DNA from: Candidatus Bathyarchaeota archaeon
Lineage (GTDB): Archaea > Thermoproteota > Bathyarchaeia > Bathyarchaeales > Bathycorpusculaceae
Assembly: GCA_963775895.1 (NCBI GenBank)
Contig: CAVZKL010000011.1
Location: 1 to 64,000 of the forward strand
DNA length: 64,000 bases
Direction: 5' to 3'
Numbering within the stretch: position 1 is the first letter of the stretch; every line of letters begins with the position of its first letter. The notes below the pieces were generated by a model. It was not told the origin of the DNA. It searched no databases and saw only the letters and a list, made by a program, of their open reading frames with translations. Made by a program: the position numbers and the translations under genes. Shown piece by piece: positions 61,294 through 64,000 of the stretch.

Positions 61294-62199
61294 ATGGCTT
61301 GGATGTGTGACAAAGAAATCAAAAGAGAACTGCCTGAAGAATGGAACGATATAGTTCCGACCAATGTTTTCATCCAGGAATCCGAAAGACTAGTTGAACA
61401 TGCCAAGGAGAAAGGTATAACTTTAAGGGTCGTGGGCGGTCTAGGCATAGCGATAAAATGCAAAGACTTCAGGGATTTTGGGGCAAGGCTTGGAAGAGTG
61501 GGAACAGGCACCACGCAACAGGAATACAGTGACATAGACTTGGTTTCGTATAGGAAGCACAGAGATCAGGTCAAGTCCTTGTTTAATGAGATGGGATATG
61601 GAAAGCGAAGAGCGACACTCTCATCTGCAGCATCTGAAAGGCAAATCTACTACCATCCGAAAGGCTGGTTCTGCGTGGACGTTTTCTTTGATAAGCTGAT
61701 AGTTGCAAACCACCCAATAGACTTCGTTGGGCGCCTCGAGCTAGACTATCCGACGATTACAGCAACCGATGCTCTTCTTGAAAAAATTCAGATGTGGGAG
61801 GCCTTCAGCGCCAAGGACCTTAAGGATTGTCTGCTTCTGCTCAAGTCATGCCAAGTCAAAGAAGAAAAAGGCATCGACGTGAATTACGTTGCGAAACTGC
61901 TTTCTTCAGATTGGGGGTTCTGGTTCACCGCGACGAGTAACCTCAAGAAAATTCAGAGATTTGTCTCTGAACTGGAAAACTTTGGCGCTGAAGCGGGGAT
62001 AGATCCTGGAAAGATTTCGAGTGACGATAGAAAAGAGATCGGGGGTAAGGTTGAAGAGCTTTTGAAAGCAATTGAAGAAGAGCCGAAGTCTTTCGGGTGG
62101 AAAATGAGGGCTAAGGTAGGTACAAACAGGAGATGGTACAACCCTGTTGAAAGACCTGATACTGTTGGTGGCTTCGGAATTTGGGAAGCTATCAAATGA
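61294..62199 (+). CDS. Uncharacterised nucleotidyltransferase-fold protein
   Basis: RVVGGLGI, YSDIDL, VDVFFD, LLEKIQ, KDLKD, DWGFW.T...NL, PKS..WK.RAKVG. Confidence 0.75.
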   Translation: MAWMCDKEIKRELPEEWNDIVPTNVFIQESERLVEHAKEKGITLRVVGGLGIAIKCKDFRDFGARLGRVGTGTTQQEYSDIDLVSYRKHRDQVKSLFNEMGYGKRRATLSSAASERQIYYHPKGWFCVDVFFDKLIVANHPIDFVGRLELDYPTITATDALLEKIQMWEAFSAKDLKDCLLLLKSCQVKEEKGIDVNYVAKLLSSDWGFWFTATSNLKKIQRFVSELENFGAEAGIDPGKISSDDRKEIGGKVEELLKAIEEEPKSFGWKMRAKVGTNRRWYNPVERPDTVGGFGIWEAIK

Positions 62200-62203
62200 A
62201 ATC

Positions 62204-62213
62204 TGGCGCGCGC
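62204..62213. repeat. TGGCGCGCGC junction box
   Basis: 4 nt after the stop of the second NTase-fold gene. Confidence 0.7.
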
Positions 62214-62272
62214 AGTGTGGGAAAAGCACTTTAGCCAAATCAGACGAGAATAGTCGCTGGGAGTAGACTCCC

Positions 62273-63250
62273 TTGTTTGAAGATCCGCTAATCAACGTAC
62301 TAATCCTCATCGTTTCTTTGGTGGTTTTGGATCGGGCGAGCGACCTGACGATTACCAACGCCGTGAAGATTTCGGATGCAACAGGATATGGAAAGACAAA
62401 AATAGGGTTTGTCCTTGTTGCTTTTTGCTCATCCCTGCCTGCACTTTCCGTGTCGATCATTGCCTCTCTGACAGGAAGGCTCGACGTAGCCGTCGGGAAC
62501 GCTGTTGGGTCAGACCTAGCGAACATATCACTGATACTCGGTTTCTGCCTTATCCTGACGGCTCTCAGAAAGTTAGAAAAGACGCGACCTCTCAGTTTCA
62601 TGTCTCGGGAAGAGCTCCTGAGTTTGTATTTTGGTCTATTCGTGGGATCGGTTGTCCCTCTGACCCTCATCTACATGGGATTTGCAAACAGGCTCGTGGG
62701 TGTATTCTTGCTTGCAGTTTTCCTTGCCTACACTTACCAACTTCTCGCGCGGAAAAATGTTCGTGAAAAACAGCTTTCGGAAGCTGAACCTAAATCGGAC
62801 ACGCGCAAATCCACGTTTTTGGCGATCTTGAGCGGAATTTTCATAGTTGTGGCTGCTTATTTCATGGTTGACTCTGCCTCGGCCATAGCGGAATACGTGC
62901 ACATAAACCGAGTCATAATAGGCGGCACTATCGTGGCCTTTGGCACAAGCGTGTCAGTGTTGTTGGCAAGCGTCCGAGCTGTCCTGAGAGGACATCCTGA
63001 TGTATCGTTGGGAAACATTGTCGGAACGCTTTTCATGAACACGGCTCTCATTCTGGGCGTCTCGTTTGCAGTTTGGGAGTCAAACGCCGACATGACTGCC
63101 TACTCTAACCTTTTCATGTTCTCCGTCATAGCCAACATGTTCGTATGGTTCTTCTTGTCCCGTGAAAAGCTGGGCTGGAAGGAAGGAGTGGTTCTAGTCC
63201 TAATGTACGCTGTTTTCTTAGTAATGAGCTTTGGCGGCTACAGGCCCTGA
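62273..63250 (+). CDS. Sodium:calcium antiporter (YrbG/CaCA family)
   Basis: Two alpha repeats: SSLP...GNAVGS..AN and GTS...GNIVG...N. Confidence 0.88.
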   Translation: MFEDPLINVLILIVSLVVLDRASDLTITNAVKISDATGYGKTKIGFVLVAFCSSLPALSVSIIASLTGRLDVAVGNAVGSDLANISLILGFCLILTALRKLEKTRPLSFMSREELLSLYFGLFVGSVVPLTLIYMGFANRLVGVFLLAVFLAYTYQLLARKNVREKQLSEAEPKSDTRKSTFLAILSGIFIVVAAYFMVDSASAIAEYVHINRVIIGGTIVAFGTSVSVLLASVRAVLRGHPDVSLGNIVGTLFMNTALILGVSFAVWESNADMTAYSNLFMFSVIANMFVWFFLSREKLGWKEGVVLVLMYAVFLVMSFGGYRP

Positions 63251-63258
63251 AATGCGCT

Positions 63259-63269
63259 TAGCGCGCGCG
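63259..63269. repeat. TAGCGCGCGCG junction box
   Basis: 8 nt after the antiporter stop. Confidence 0.75.
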
Positions 63270-63393
63270 AGAGAGCACAGATTTGTACTTTCTGCAAGCA
63301 TTATCATAGGTCCTCAGATGGTAGCATGCGCAGTCCCTTGAATTATTCGAGTGCTGTCCAAGGGCTTTTCTTCTGACGAGTCTGCCCAATGCG

Positions 63394-63612
63394 CTACTTT
63401 CCTCTTAGAAGGAATAATACTACCAAGATAACTGCGGTCACTGCAATGGGGAGCAGCGCCGCAATGCGCATGTTTCTTTGTCTCTTCTGCATTCTTGCAT
63501 AATCATCTTTGCACTTGTCGCTGCAGAGCAGCTGAGTTTCAGGTATTGCCGCACCGCACATCATGCAGTGTGAGTGTTTCGGAATGTCGCTCGCTCGCTT
63601 TCGGACTGCCAA
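63394..63612 (-). CDS. DUF2116-like Zn-ribbon membrane protein
   Basis: PKHSHCMMCG.AIP....LCSDKC followed by a TM helix. Confidence 0.8.
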   Translation of the reverse strand: MAVRKRASDIPKHSHCMMCGAAIPETQLLCSDKCKDDYARMQKRQRNMRIAALLPIAVTAVILVVLFLLRGK

Positions 63613-63719
63613 TTTGACATTCTCCCAGTCATGCAACTTTTATCGTTCGTGGGGGCTTAAACGTTTGCTTTGTTATCCCAGGCGGGAAGTATTAAAAGCT
63701 GATTGGAACAAGTACGAGT

Positions 63720-64000
63720 ATGCTAGAATACGAATCTTTCTGCGTTTACGGGTTCAACACTGCGTATCCATCTACTTGGAAAGTTGAGTTTGATCCAAAG
63801 TCCGACCGGACGATGGGTAACGTTGCATTCAAGTCTCCCGAGAGGAACAATATTGTCTTAAGTTGGGGTCCTCTTGAAAGAGCCAAGAAAAAATACTCTT
63901 CCGTTGAGGAGCACGCCGAAGACTCCATTAAAGGAGTTAGGAAAAACCCGAGTGTAGCAAGAGTGGAGATCATTCAAAAGAAAGAATTAGATATACCGCC
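63720..64000 (+). CDS. Hypothetical protein, runs off the window end
   Basis: Open frame MLEYESFCVYGFNTAYPSTWKVEFDPK... to the end of the window. Confidence 0.6.
   Translation, partial: MLEYESFCVYGFNTAYPSTWKVEFDPKSDRTMGNVAFKSPERNNIVLSWGPLERAKKKYSSVEEHAEDSIKGVRKNPSVARVEIIQKKELDIP

Overview
Archaeal chromosomal window. Gene content (TBP, pelota, PolB, archaeal DnaG, unlinked 5S rRNA, intron-containing tRNA-Trp, PEF-CTERM protein, HypD, RACo-type activase) suggests Bathyarchaeia, which is an inference. Bases ~9.6-64 kb are mostly core or metabolic genes. About a dozen genes, including trpS, grpE and dnaG, carry indels that look like long-read errors. Bases 1-9.6 kb are a variable island built around the RNase P RNA gene (rnpB, 7690-8004, minus strand, absent from the ORF track). 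A tyrosine recombinase gene starts 6 nt after the rnpB 3' end. Beyond it lie two more integrase C-terminal remnants, four co-oriented copies of a ~50-bp hairpin repeat, and many small single-gene units. The most striking signal is a short alternating-GC box, often TAGCGCGCGC or its reverse complement. Runs of 8 or more alternating G/C bases occur at 15 places, 14 of them at gene or module junctions. The box supplies stop codons, cuts gene remnants, and brackets accessory modules across the window, which suggests an undescribed cassette-capture or recombination system. Other points of interest are an unidentified structured RNA after pheT, a PolB with degenerate proofreading motifs, a probable ATT start for dnaG, and an uncharacterised NTase/phosphoesterase/permease module.
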